DNA from: a virus
Lineage: Duplodnaviria > Heunggongvirae > Uroviricota > Caudoviricetes
Virus record (IMG/VR): IMGVR_UViG_3300022555_000023
Span: 8,095 to 72,094 of that record
DNA length: 64,000 nucleotides
Strand: one strand, 5' to 3'
Numbering within the stretch: the stretch's first letter is position 1; each line of letters begins with the position of its first letter. Position numbers and translations under genes: made by a program. The notes under the pieces were generated by a model. The model did not search any database and was not told the DNA's origin. It was given only the letters and a program-made list of their open reading frames with translations. This document shows, piece after piece, positions 54,687 through 61,989 of this stretch.

Positions 54687-54808
54687 GATGGTTCCTTAAC
54701 TCCGTAGCGGAACGGGCTTGTGATGTAGCCGTCAGTTCCTTCGCATAGTTCGGGCGTGTTCAGGTGGCGGATACATTCACGATACTTGTTGTATCGGGTG
54801 CTGTCCAC
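54683..54808 (-). CDS. small hypothetical protein (41 aa)
   Basis: GTG 54808, ATGA overlap with the Mre11-like start. Below the ORF-track cutoff. Confidence 0.35.
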   Translation of the reverse strand: MDSTRYNKYRECIRHLNTPELCEGTDGYITSPFRYGVKEPS

Positions 54809-54833
54809 CCGTACTAACAGACACCCGCACCGT

Positions 54834-55451
54834 TCACATCGCGGCTGAATTGATTCCGCCATTCGTCACCACGCCATAGTATGTGATCAGCAGGGCGTCG
54901 CATACCGCCATTTGCTCCTTCTTCGTCTTCTGCCACACGTCCAGATCGGGCATCAGTTCCTGAGCCCGCTTGCGGATATCCTCTTTGTGTTCAGCCTGGA
55001 GCAGTGCTTTGACCGCCTTGGTCGTCCGTGTGCTGCCGTCCTGCTTGCGGAAGTCCACGGGCACTGGCTTGCGGGTCGTCGGGATGTTCATGGCCCGCTG
55101 CCAAGTGGCGGGCTGCACCTTAACCGGGATGATATCCAGAGCTGTCATGAACGCCAGAAGTCGCCCGTAACCTACGCCAAACTTGAATGCCCCAGCCACG
55201 CCCATCGCATAGGCATGCACGGCCTCGATGTAGACGCTGACGTTGCTTGGATCCGCGATATGCTGCCGCAGCCAAGCCCACAGTTCGTCGTTCCCTTCGG
55301 GCATCCGCTTGACCAACATGATCGCGTTGGGTCCGGTCTCGGTGACAGCCAAGCCACCGTTCATGCCGGGATCGATACCCATGATCAGTCTGCGTTCGGG
55401 AGTGATCACCTCACGCCAGTCGGTAGTTTTAATGCGGCGGCGTTCGGTCAC
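54834..55451 (-). CDS. RuvC-like Holliday junction resolvase, N-terminal ERRRIKT
   Basis: IMGIDPGMNGG, VYIEAV, ..PATWQRAM.., VCDALLI catalytic pattern. Confidence 0.75.
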   Translation of the reverse strand: MTERRRIKTTDWREVITPERRLIMGIDPGMNGGLAVTETGPNAIMLVKRMPEGNDELWAWLRQHIADPSNVSVYIEAVHAYAMGVAGAFKFGVGYGRLLAFMTALDIIPVKVQPATWQRAMNIPTTRKPVPVDFRKQDGSTRTTKAVKALLQAEHKEDIRKRAQELMPDLDVWQKTKKEQMAVCDALLITYYGVVTNGGINSAAM

Positions 55452-55699
55452 GCGGTCTCCAGTTTATGCACCAGCCGTAGAAGCTCGATACCGACGTCCT
55501 TCAGGTCTGGGTAGTGCTGGCTTGCGGCAGCATAGGCCACAGCAGCCTCGCGGCACGAGGCGATGTGGCCTATGCTGCCACCACTGTCCAGACGCAGTAC
55601 GAAGTACACGGCGTTCGGGTCGCACGTCGTACCATCGGCCTTGGTGACCTTATACCGCTGGTGAAGTCCGTTAGGATTCTCTTCGGCTGTTGGTATCAT
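55448..55699 (-). CDS. hypothetical protein
   Basis: 83-aa ORF. Confidence 0.55.
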   Translation of the reverse strand: MIPTAEENPNGLHQRYKVTKADGTTCDPNAVYFVLRLDSGGSIGHIASCREAAVAYAAASQHYPDLKDVGIELLRLVHKLETA

Positions 55700-56013
55700 C
55701 CTATCTCATCCCTTGGGGTTCGGTTGCTCGGAACTTCACGATCACGCATGGCGTTGATCGCCTCCTGTGCCTTGCCTACGTTGGCGAAGGTACGAATGCC
55801 ATCAGTCTTGGCCACGTGATGCCGGCACCAGCCCGCACCATCGATAGGGAGATGCAGGGCTGGGTTCAGTTCGCAGTGCTCGGCCTCGGCGTTGTGGTTG
55901 CCGCTACAGTCGCTCTCCCTGTAATGAACACAGGTCGAACAGCAGCGTACCGGGTCATGGTAACCCATCTCATCCAGCAGGGCCTTCACCACGCTATCGT
56001 TCTTACTTCTCAC
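55696..56013 (-). CDS. Cys/His-rich hypothetical protein
   Basis: CCSTCVHY..C..HC..CRHH. Confidence 0.55.
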   Translation of the reverse strand: MRSKNDSVVKALLDEMGYHDPVRCCSTCVHYRESDCSGNHNAEAEHCELNPALHLPIDGAGWCRHHVAKTDGIRTFANVGKAQEAINAMRDREVPSNRTPRDEIG

Positions 56014-56024
56014 CTTCGACCTCC

Positions 56025-56564
56025 TTACGAATCTGCTCGCACTAAACCACCGTTTCGTATCTTCACCAGCATCGGGTCACCGTGCCGCTTGAACCGCTGG
56101 TAGTGCTTCCGACACATTCCTAATTCAAAGGACTGATCACCACAAAAACATACTACACTAGTTTTCCGCTTTCCTCGTTTCCCGTGCTGCCAGTGCCACT
56201 TAGTATGACATCGCGGGCATAGCGTCATTCGGTTAGACGGATCGTTGTTCTCTTTGTCGCCATCGATGTGATGTGTTCCTAACCGCTTCCGCTGTCGTTT
56301 GCACATCTCGCACCGCCGTTTCTTCGGCAGTTTGCTGTTCCTGGTTGCTACGGTCTCCAGAGACAGCTTCGGCACCTCGATCAGCTTGTAGCCGATGCGC
56401 TCGTTACGGCACAAGGCGACCTGCCGGTCGGCGGGCACGTGCGGCGTCTCGTTGCCGGCACCGACATAGGTCTGCTGCGATACGCCCCACACGTAGAAGG
56501 GCATGATGTATTCACCGTCCACGATCACGTGAACCGTATCGCCGGGTTTCGGTAAGGTAATCAT
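56025..56564 (-). CDS. HNH homing endonuclease
   Basis: CEMCKR..THHIDGDKENNDPSNRMTLCPRCHTKWH plus C-terminal CG..MCRKHYQRFKRHGDP. Confidence 0.85.
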   Translation of the reverse strand: MITLPKPGDTVHVIVDGEYIMPFYVWGVSQQTYVGAGNETPHVPADRQVALCRNERIGYKLIEVPKLSLETVATRNSKLPKKRRCEMCKRQRKRLGTHHIDGDKENNDPSNRMTLCPRCHTKWHWQHGKRGKRKTSVVCFCGDQSFELGMCRKHYQRFKRHGDPMLVKIRNGGLVRADS

Positions 56565-56731
56565 CCTAAGTCTTCTCCACAGTTATTACAGCGCATGTCA
56601 GGCTCCAGGGCGTTCACGTTATACCACACCACGCCGCCTGGATGATTTCGCACGCGGCACCAGAAATTCGTCCAACCCGTGCAGCCGTCGAACAGGTATA
56701 GCCACCAACTTAAACTAAACCATTTCATCAT
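56561..56731 (-). CDS. small hypothetical protein (56 aa)
   Basis: MMKWFSLSWWLYLFDGC..CNNCG, ATGA overlap with the HNH start. Confidence 0.45.
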   Translation of the reverse strand: MMKWFSLSWWLYLFDGCTGWTNFWCRVRNHPGGVVWYNVNALEPDMRCNNCGEDLG

Positions 56732-56821
56732 CGCATCCACAGGGTTGTTGCTAAATCACCCGGCACTTCGCGGGCCAGACGCACCTTGAAGTCGGGGAAC
56801 GGTACGTCATACACAACCAGT

Positions 56822-56829
56822 CCAGACAC
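56822..56829 (-). promoter_or_regulatory. GTGTCTGG junction motif
   Basis: Intergenic, 90 nt upstream of ATG 56731. Confidence 0.45.
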
Positions 56830-56863
56830 GGTGGCGTTGTACGCGTTGCAGATACGTGGTATA

Positions 56864-56871
56864 GTGTCTGC
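56864..56871 (+). promoter_or_regulatory. GTGTCTGC variant co-oriented with a plus-strand gene
   Basis: 1 nt upstream of ATG 56873 of the plus-strand HNH gene. Confidence 0.4.
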
Positions 56872-56872
56872 T

Positions 56873-57265
56873 ATGGATATCACGTGTAACCTCTGCGGCG
56901 TTCCTCAACCGACCACCGAATTTTCGGGACTACGCAACCGTTCGTATAGATGTAAAACGTGCTGCACAAAAAGGAAAAACGAGTGGCGACGTCAGGTACG
57001 GGTTGCTGTACTACAAATGCTCGGCGGATGTTGCTGCAAATGTGGGTACAACAAACATCCTGAAATATTACAAGCAGATCATATTGTTGCTATCGGCGGC
57101 GGACGTCATAGAACTGGTGATAACACGGTCAGGGCCTATAAAAACCCCGAACTCTACCAACTCATGTGCCCAAACTGCCATGCTCTGAAAACTATCAAGG
57201 ATAAGATCATTCTTCGGAACAAACAGACTAAACATTCAACGCCAAAGGCTACACCCGCCGCTTAG
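56873..57265 (+). CDS. HNH homing endonuclease (plus strand)
   Basis: Trimmed to MDITCNLCG. CCKCGY..ADHIVAIGGG..NPELYQLMCPNCHALK. GTGTCTGC lies 1 nt before the ATG. Confidence 0.75.
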   Translation: MDITCNLCGVPQPTTEFSGLRNRSYRCKTCCTKRKNEWRRQVRVAVLQMLGGCCCKCGYNKHPEILQADHIVAIGGGRHRTGDNTVRAYKNPELYQLMCPNCHALKTIKDKIILRNKQTKHSTPKATPAA

Positions 57266-57934
57266 AATGACCGACATCACCACGTCGCTCGGCACGTCTG
57301 GAAGCAGTTGTATCCTAAGATTCGTAAACTCAACATCATAGACCTTCAGCTTTGGTACGATCACTCGCGTACCACCCATCGCACGCCATTGTTGGAGTGG
57401 GATATTCCACCCATAACCATATCCAAAACTGCCCCATCCGATGGTCTTGCCGTTGCGGGACAGTGCGTTGTTCAGCAGCTTCGGCCCGCGATGTCCGTAA
57501 GCCTTCCAGATCATTCGCAGCGGAACCACAATCACGTCTTGCATTAGCCTGGCAATTTCATGATATAGCTCGGTCTTACTCTCAGCCTTCGAGACCTGGC
57601 AGTGGTGATGCCAGAACCAGTAGCATAACTGGTAGCCGCGGAGGCAGAAGTCGGCGTCCTTGCGCAGGCGGCTCTGATAGATGATCGCCTGGTCAGTGTT
57701 GCCGACCGACTTGCTCTCGAAGAACAGCCGGCGGGAATACTGGATGTCTGGACAAATCTCGCAGCGGCAGTCCGTCCGGAGTCGCACGCTGCTGGTGAGG
57801 CATGCGGTTGCTTCCTCCATGAAATCGCCCACCATCACGCGACACATACCGTGCGTCATCTCTTGCGTATCAAACATCATACGTTGACGTTCAACTGATC
57901 TCGGCTTCGGGAGTTGGTGTCGATTCAGCCTCAT
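57236..57934 (-). CDS. putative PD-(D/E)xK nuclease-fold protein
   Basis: CPDIQYSRRLFFESKSVG fits a D..(E/D)xK motif. N-proximal SVERQRMMF. Start uncertain. Confidence 0.4.
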   Translation of the reverse strand: MRLNRHQLPKPRSVERQRMMFDTQEMTHGMCRVMVGDFMEEATACLTSSVRLRTDCRCEICPDIQYSRRLFFESKSVGNTDQAIIYQSRLRKDADFCLRGYQLCYWFWHHHCQVSKAESKTELYHEIARLMQDVIVVPLRMIWKAYGHRGPKLLNNALSRNGKTIGWGSFGYGYGWNIPLQQWRAMGGTRVIVPKLKVYDVEFTNLRIQLLPDVPSDVVMSVILSGGCSLWR

Positions 57935-58005
57935 GATATCGTCTTTCCGTAACAACTCTTGCGTATTAGCAATAGCTTTGCTACAATAAAGCAAAGGAGA
58001 TAACT

Positions 58006-58479
58006 ATGTCCCGCCACGCCATACCACTTGATGTTAGATTCCACACTGTGCCCAAACGCCGAAGAATCGGAGGATGTTTGATCTGGATGGGCGGAACCAG
58101 AAGTGGCTATGGAATGATAGGATCCGGTGGCACGAACTCGAAGCCACTGTACGCCCACCGCGTCGCTTATGAACTCGCTTACGGCCCAATACCGGATGGT
58201 ATGTATGTCTGTCACCACTGTGATAACCCACCGTGCGTCGAGCCTACACACCTGTTCCTCGGAACACAGCAAGATAACGAAGACGACTGTGTTTCCAAAA
58301 GACGGCACATGCACGGAGCCACCCACTATAACGCTAAGATGACTACACCCCAGGTTATTGAAGCTCGTCTCCTTTACGCGACTGGTGAATTTGGGTACTA
58401 CCGACTCGGAATACGATTTAACGTCAACCCCACAACGATTCGTAACATCATCAAGGGCTATACACGACAGCTTGAATAG
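58006..58479 (+). CDS. HNH_3-type homing endonuclease (plus strand)
   Basis: AAGGAG SD. YAHRVAYELAYGPIPDGMYVCHHCDNPPCVEPTHLFLGTQQDN. Confidence 0.85.
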   Translation: MSRHAIPLDVRFHTVPKRRRIGGCLIWMGGTRSGYGMIGSGGTNSKPLYAHRVAYELAYGPIPDGMYVCHHCDNPPCVEPTHLFLGTQQDNEDDCVSKRRHMHGATHYNAKMTTPQVIEARLLYATGEFGYYRLGIRFNVNPTTIRNIIKGYTRQLE

Positions 58480-58483
58480 ACGT

Positions 58484-59044
58484 TCAAAATGGGACATCGT
58501 CCACCCTACCACGGTTCGCGGCTATGGTTCGCAGCCTAAGATTCCTATAAGAACAGTTCGCCCTATTCTTATCTCGATGATCTACATCGTAACCATCCGG
58601 TATTAGTTTTCGGCGAACGGCCATGTAAACTAATCTGTGAACCATAGCACCCTTGCGGTGACCGTTCCAGTAGATGCGGACGCTGGGGTAACCATTACGG
58701 TCTAAATCCTGCTTGAGGATGACCCACTGCTTCGTCCACTCGTGACAAACCTTGCGGTGCTTACGAACCACGCCGGTTATCGGATTGACCTTGAGATGAC
58801 CTTCCTCGATCAGTTGTAGTATTTGATCATCGGTCATCCTGCGGTATTTGCGCTCGCGGTAGTTTCGCAGCTTCTCGACGTAGACTGCGTCGGTTCGCCA
58901 TTTGCCGCCGCAGGCAAGGCACTTCACCTCGGAATACTTACTGGCCACCTCGTCGCCGGTCGTCGATGTAGCCACGAACCGCCGCGTGCAAACGTAGTTA
59001 CTCCGGGTTCTACATCCCGGCAGACAGCGGCAGCCTTGAGCCAT
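58484..59044 (-). CDS. HNH_3-type homing endonuclease
   Basis: NGYPSVRIYWNGHRKGAMVHRLVYMA..DVDHRDKNRANCSYRNLRL. Confidence 0.8.
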   Translation of the reverse strand: MAQGCRCLPGCRTRSNYVCTRRFVATSTTGDEVASKYSEVKCLACGGKWRTDAVYVEKLRNYRERKYRRMTDDQILQLIEEGHLKVNPITGVVRKHRKVCHEWTKQWVILKQDLDRNGYPSVRIYWNGHRKGAMVHRLVYMAVRRKLIPDGYDVDHRDKNRANCSYRNLRLRTIAANRGRVDDVPF

Positions 59045-59048
59045 AGTC

Positions 59049-59198
59049 TCATCCCTTGGTATTCCTGATGAATGGGCGTAGGAACCACCAGGGACGGCGT
59101 TCGGGCTGACCTGGGATATGGTGAACGAGACCCCACAGCCTGTCGTATTGTTGCTCGCTGAGCTTCAGGCCGTTAACGGCCCGGATAAATGCCCACAT
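59049..59198 (-). CDS. small hypothetical protein (49 aa)
   Basis: MWAFIRAVNGLKLSEQQYDRLWGLVHH.. Below the ORF-track cutoff. Confidence 0.4.
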   Translation of the reverse strand: MWAFIRAVNGLKLSEQQYDRLWGLVHHIPGQPERRPWWFLRPFIRNTKG

Positions 59199-59203
59199 GG
59201 TTC

Positions 59204-59416
59204 TCAGCGAGTCCACGGTTCACCTCTGTGGTTTAATCTCATGCGACGGTCGATGATACGTCGGGCCACACGCGATGCGCAGTCCAGATCTTCGGGCGAC
59301 AGAATACCTTGCTGTACAAGCTGAATCATGTGCATCGCCGCCTCATGAATCTTCGGATCATTCTGGTAACGCCGTTCGTCGTCCTCGGCCTGGCAGTTCA
59401 ACGGGTCGTCGTCCAT
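59204..59416 (-). CDS. hypothetical protein
   Basis: 70-aa ORF. Confidence 0.55.
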   Translation of the reverse strand: MDDDPLNCQAEDDERRYQNDPKIHEAAMHMIQLVQQGILSPEDLDCASRVARRIIDRRMRLNHRGEPWTR

Positions 59417-59417
59417 A

Positions 59418-59672
59418 TCATTCGTACCTCGGCTTTATTAACCACAGGTCGGGTCGGCCCTGAACTGATGTGATGCTAATAGAATGGGCGAAGGGAAACA
59501 TGGCCTTCGCCTGCTCCATCGCCTCGCCCGTGGTTTTGCCCAACACGATATGAGAATCGGGACGCGTGCTATCGTAAATCTCCGGTGATGACTCCAGCAC
59601 GCCGCGGACGACGAAGCCCACCACGTATCCTACAGCCACCGCAATTCCGGTTACGATCCACATGGCCGTCAC
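59418..59672 (-). CDS. small membrane protein
   Basis: MTAMWIVTGIAVAVGYVVGFVV transmembrane helix. Confidence 0.55.
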   Translation of the reverse strand: MTAMWIVTGIAVAVGYVVGFVVRGVLESSPEIYDSTRPDSHIVLGKTTGEAMEQAKAMFPFAHSISITSVQGRPDLWLIKPRYE

Positions 59673-59675
59673 CTC

Positions 59676-60248
59676 CTAGCGACGTCCGCGTCGTGCCGCC
59701 CAGCGAGCAAATAGGCCCTGGCGTTCGCGCCCGCCCCGTGACGATCCGTACTGATCACCCTGCGGTGTCGTTTCAGGGGCGACGGCTGGGGGCGTCTGGC
59801 CGACTTCGCGTCGGGCCTCGGCTGTTTGCAGGGGATGCGTGATAGCCCGCACAGCGTTTGCCACAGGGCCGTTGGGTCGATTGCCCACGAATAACTGGCA
59901 GAACTTGACCCCGTTGTTGTATGACGCTGCGGCCCCGGCGTAGGTAAAGTTGCCGGTTGTATTGCACGCCAGCCAGCCACTGCTGATAGCTCCGCCGTCG
60001 CAGCCGCCGAAGTCGGCCCATGATCCCCTGGGCAGGAACGCGAAGTCGTTCCCGGTGTGGTGATGCATGCCGTAACTGGCACGATAGTCGGCGCAGGCCA
60101 TCGCACCCTGCGTCATCGCTGCGTCCCGCTGGAATGCAGGCATACCGTGCTGGGCACGAATTGCGTTCACTTCATCGAGAGCATCGGTCGCGGCATTGGC
60201 AATGCCCGCAATGCATACGACCACAAAGAACAAAACTGACTTCATCAT
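59676..60248 (-). CDS. secreted CAP/SCP/PR-1-like protein
   Basis: Trimmed to ATG 60248 (TAGGAGGA SD). Signal MMKSVLFFVVVCIAGIANA. ALDEVNAIRAQHGMPAFQRDAAMTQGAMACAD resembles the SCP-like family. Confidence 0.55.
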   Translation of the reverse strand: MMKSVLFFVVVCIAGIANAATDALDEVNAIRAQHGMPAFQRDAAMTQGAMACADYRASYGMHHHTGNDFAFLPRGSWADFGGCDGGAISSGWLACNTTGNFTYAGAAASYNNGVKFCQLFVGNRPNGPVANAVRAITHPLQTAEARREVGQTPPAVAPETTPQGDQYGSSRGGRERQGLFARWAARRGRR

Positions 60249-60276
60249 CTTCTTCCTCCTAATGGTGAAATTCGCC

Positions 60277-61470
60277 TTAGCTACCGTACTTCGAGAAGTT
60301 CGGCGAGAATGACTCCTCGATCTTGTCCCACTCGGCCCGCACCACTGCGGACATACGCTTGGATTCGCTAATGTACATTTCACGCGGCTGTTTGTCCAGC
60401 CACTTCAGGTACGTTCCAGGTTTTCGTTCATCGAACAGTTCCCACTTCTTCACCTCAACTAACCAGTCTGCCATCGATTCGATGTCATCGATGCCGTAGT
60501 CAAAGATCACGGGGAACTCGCACTCGCGGAACGGCGGGCCACACTTGTTCTTCTTGCACTTGGCCTTGATGCGAACACCGACCACGCGTTCGATGCCGTT
60601 GACCGAGCGTTTGATCTGGCCAATATGCGACAGCCACACCACCCACGAAGCGTAGAAGTCCAGGGCTTTGCCGCCGGCACGCGTCGCCTTCTCGCCGAAC
60701 GATACATTCAGCTTGTCGCGTAGCTGCGAGATGACTATCAGGGTCACCTTGGCGGAGTTCAAAGGGCCGGCCAGGGTGCGGAAGAACTGTGACATGCGTT
60801 TGGCCTTCGCCATACCGTAACTGGCCTTGTCCATACCGCCATCCAGTTCGGCCTGATCGCTCAGGGCATCAAGGCTATCGATGATATACAAGCCTGGCAC
60901 GCGACGGCGTTCACACTCGGCAATGAAGTCCTTCACGTCCTGAAAGAACACCTCGACGATACGGCACTCCTCGACGAAGCTGATTCTGTCCATCGGCAGT
61001 CCCATGCGGCGGGCATAATTCACATCGAACGCGGCCTCGGCGTCGTTATATCGCGTGATGCCGGTCGGATAGGCGATGGAAAAGTTGGCACACGCCTCGA
61101 TGCATACGCCTGTCTTGTTCGTTGACTGCCAGCCAGCGAAGTTCACCACGCGGCCTTCAGGGAACGCTCCGCCACCACCACCACCAATCTCGCAGTCCAG
61201 AAGGGTACAGCCCGAACCGAATCGTTTAACACGGATATCCTCCATGTCGCCCGTGAGCCCGTAGGCCCCACCGTCGCGTACCAACGGCTCGTCATCGGTA
61301 TCGCGGGCGGTCTTGCGGCGAGTAGCCTTAGCCGTGCGACGTGGGGCTGCACGTGACCCGCGGGCCGGTGTTTCATCTTCGGTTGACTCGACGTCTTCGT
61401 CCTCTTCCTCACGCTGCGGAGGTGGGGGCGTTGCCGTTACGAGACGTCGTCGAACTATTTTCTTCGCCAT
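60277..61470 (-). CDS. RecA-fold recombinase-like ATPase
   Basis: Degenerate P-loop GWQSTNKTG, Walker B LYIIDSLDAL, GGKALDFYAS as in RecA. Acidic N-terminal region preceded by MAKKIVRRRLVT. Confidence 0.65.
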   Translation of the reverse strand: MAKKIVRRRLVTATPPPPQREEEDEDVESTEDETPARGSRAAPRRTAKATRRKTARDTDDEPLVRDGGAYGLTGDMEDIRVKRFGSGCTLLDCEIGGGGGGAFPEGRVVNFAGWQSTNKTGVCIEACANFSIAYPTGITRYNDAEAAFDVNYARRMGLPMDRISFVEECRIVEVFFQDVKDFIAECERRRVPGLYIIDSLDALSDQAELDGGMDKASYGMAKAKRMSQFFRTLAGPLNSAKVTLIVISQLRDKLNVSFGEKATRAGGKALDFYASWVVWLSHIGQIKRSVNGIERVVGVRIKAKCKKNKCGPPFRECEFPVIFDYGIDDIESMADWLVEVKKWELFDERKPGTYLKWLDKQPREMYISESKRMSAVVRAEWDKIEESFSPNFSKYGS

Positions 61471-61613
61471 GATCTAACCTTCCTGATGCCCCGTATGCAC
61501 AGTCCTATGAAGAAGACATACAACATTCCGGGTGCGGTCAAAATGATGAACGGGAAAGTCCAAATCTTGTGAACTTTCTCCGCCTCGTCGCATACGTCTA
61601 AAAACCAGTTCAT
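61455..61613 (-). CDS. small membrane protein (52 aa)
   Basis: GAGG SD, MNWFLDVC..FPFIILTAPGMLYVFFIGLCI. Overlaps the recombinase start. Confidence 0.45.
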   Translation of the reverse strand: MNWFLDVCDEAEKVHKIWTFPFIILTAPGMLYVFFIGLCIRGIRKVRSWRRK

Positions 61614-61638
61614 AGTTACCTCGGCTGACTAGACACGA

Positions 61639-61887
61639 TCACGGTTGCTTTCCCGTTTCCGTAGTCTGATACCGCATCCGCATCTCGACGCCTGACATAC
61701 CACAGCGAGGACAGCGTTGCCTGATGGAATCGTACTTGAACCAGTACGGCATGAAGAAGCACGGATGCGGTAGGCCACGGAGGCGTTCGCCTGGATCCAT
61801 CCGGTCAGCACTCGCCTGTCGAAGAAGTAGATCGATCTCGGCATCGTCATTATCGACAGGCGAGGTGACCGGACTCGCTGGAACCAT
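61639..61887 (-). CDS. hypothetical protein
   Basis: GGAGA SD 9 nt upstream. C-terminal CPRCG. Confidence 0.55.
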   Translation of the reverse strand: MVPASPVTSPVDNDDAEIDLLLRQASADRMDPGERLRGLPHPCFFMPYWFKYDSIRQRCPRCGMSGVEMRMRYQTTETGKQP

Positions 61888-61989
61888 AGCTCATGATCTC
61901 CATATAAAGCGAGCCCGGCTATTTCGGAATCGCCGCCGGGCGGGGCACGTGCAGGCCCCTCAGAGACCGTCGTCATCTGCATGCCTGCA

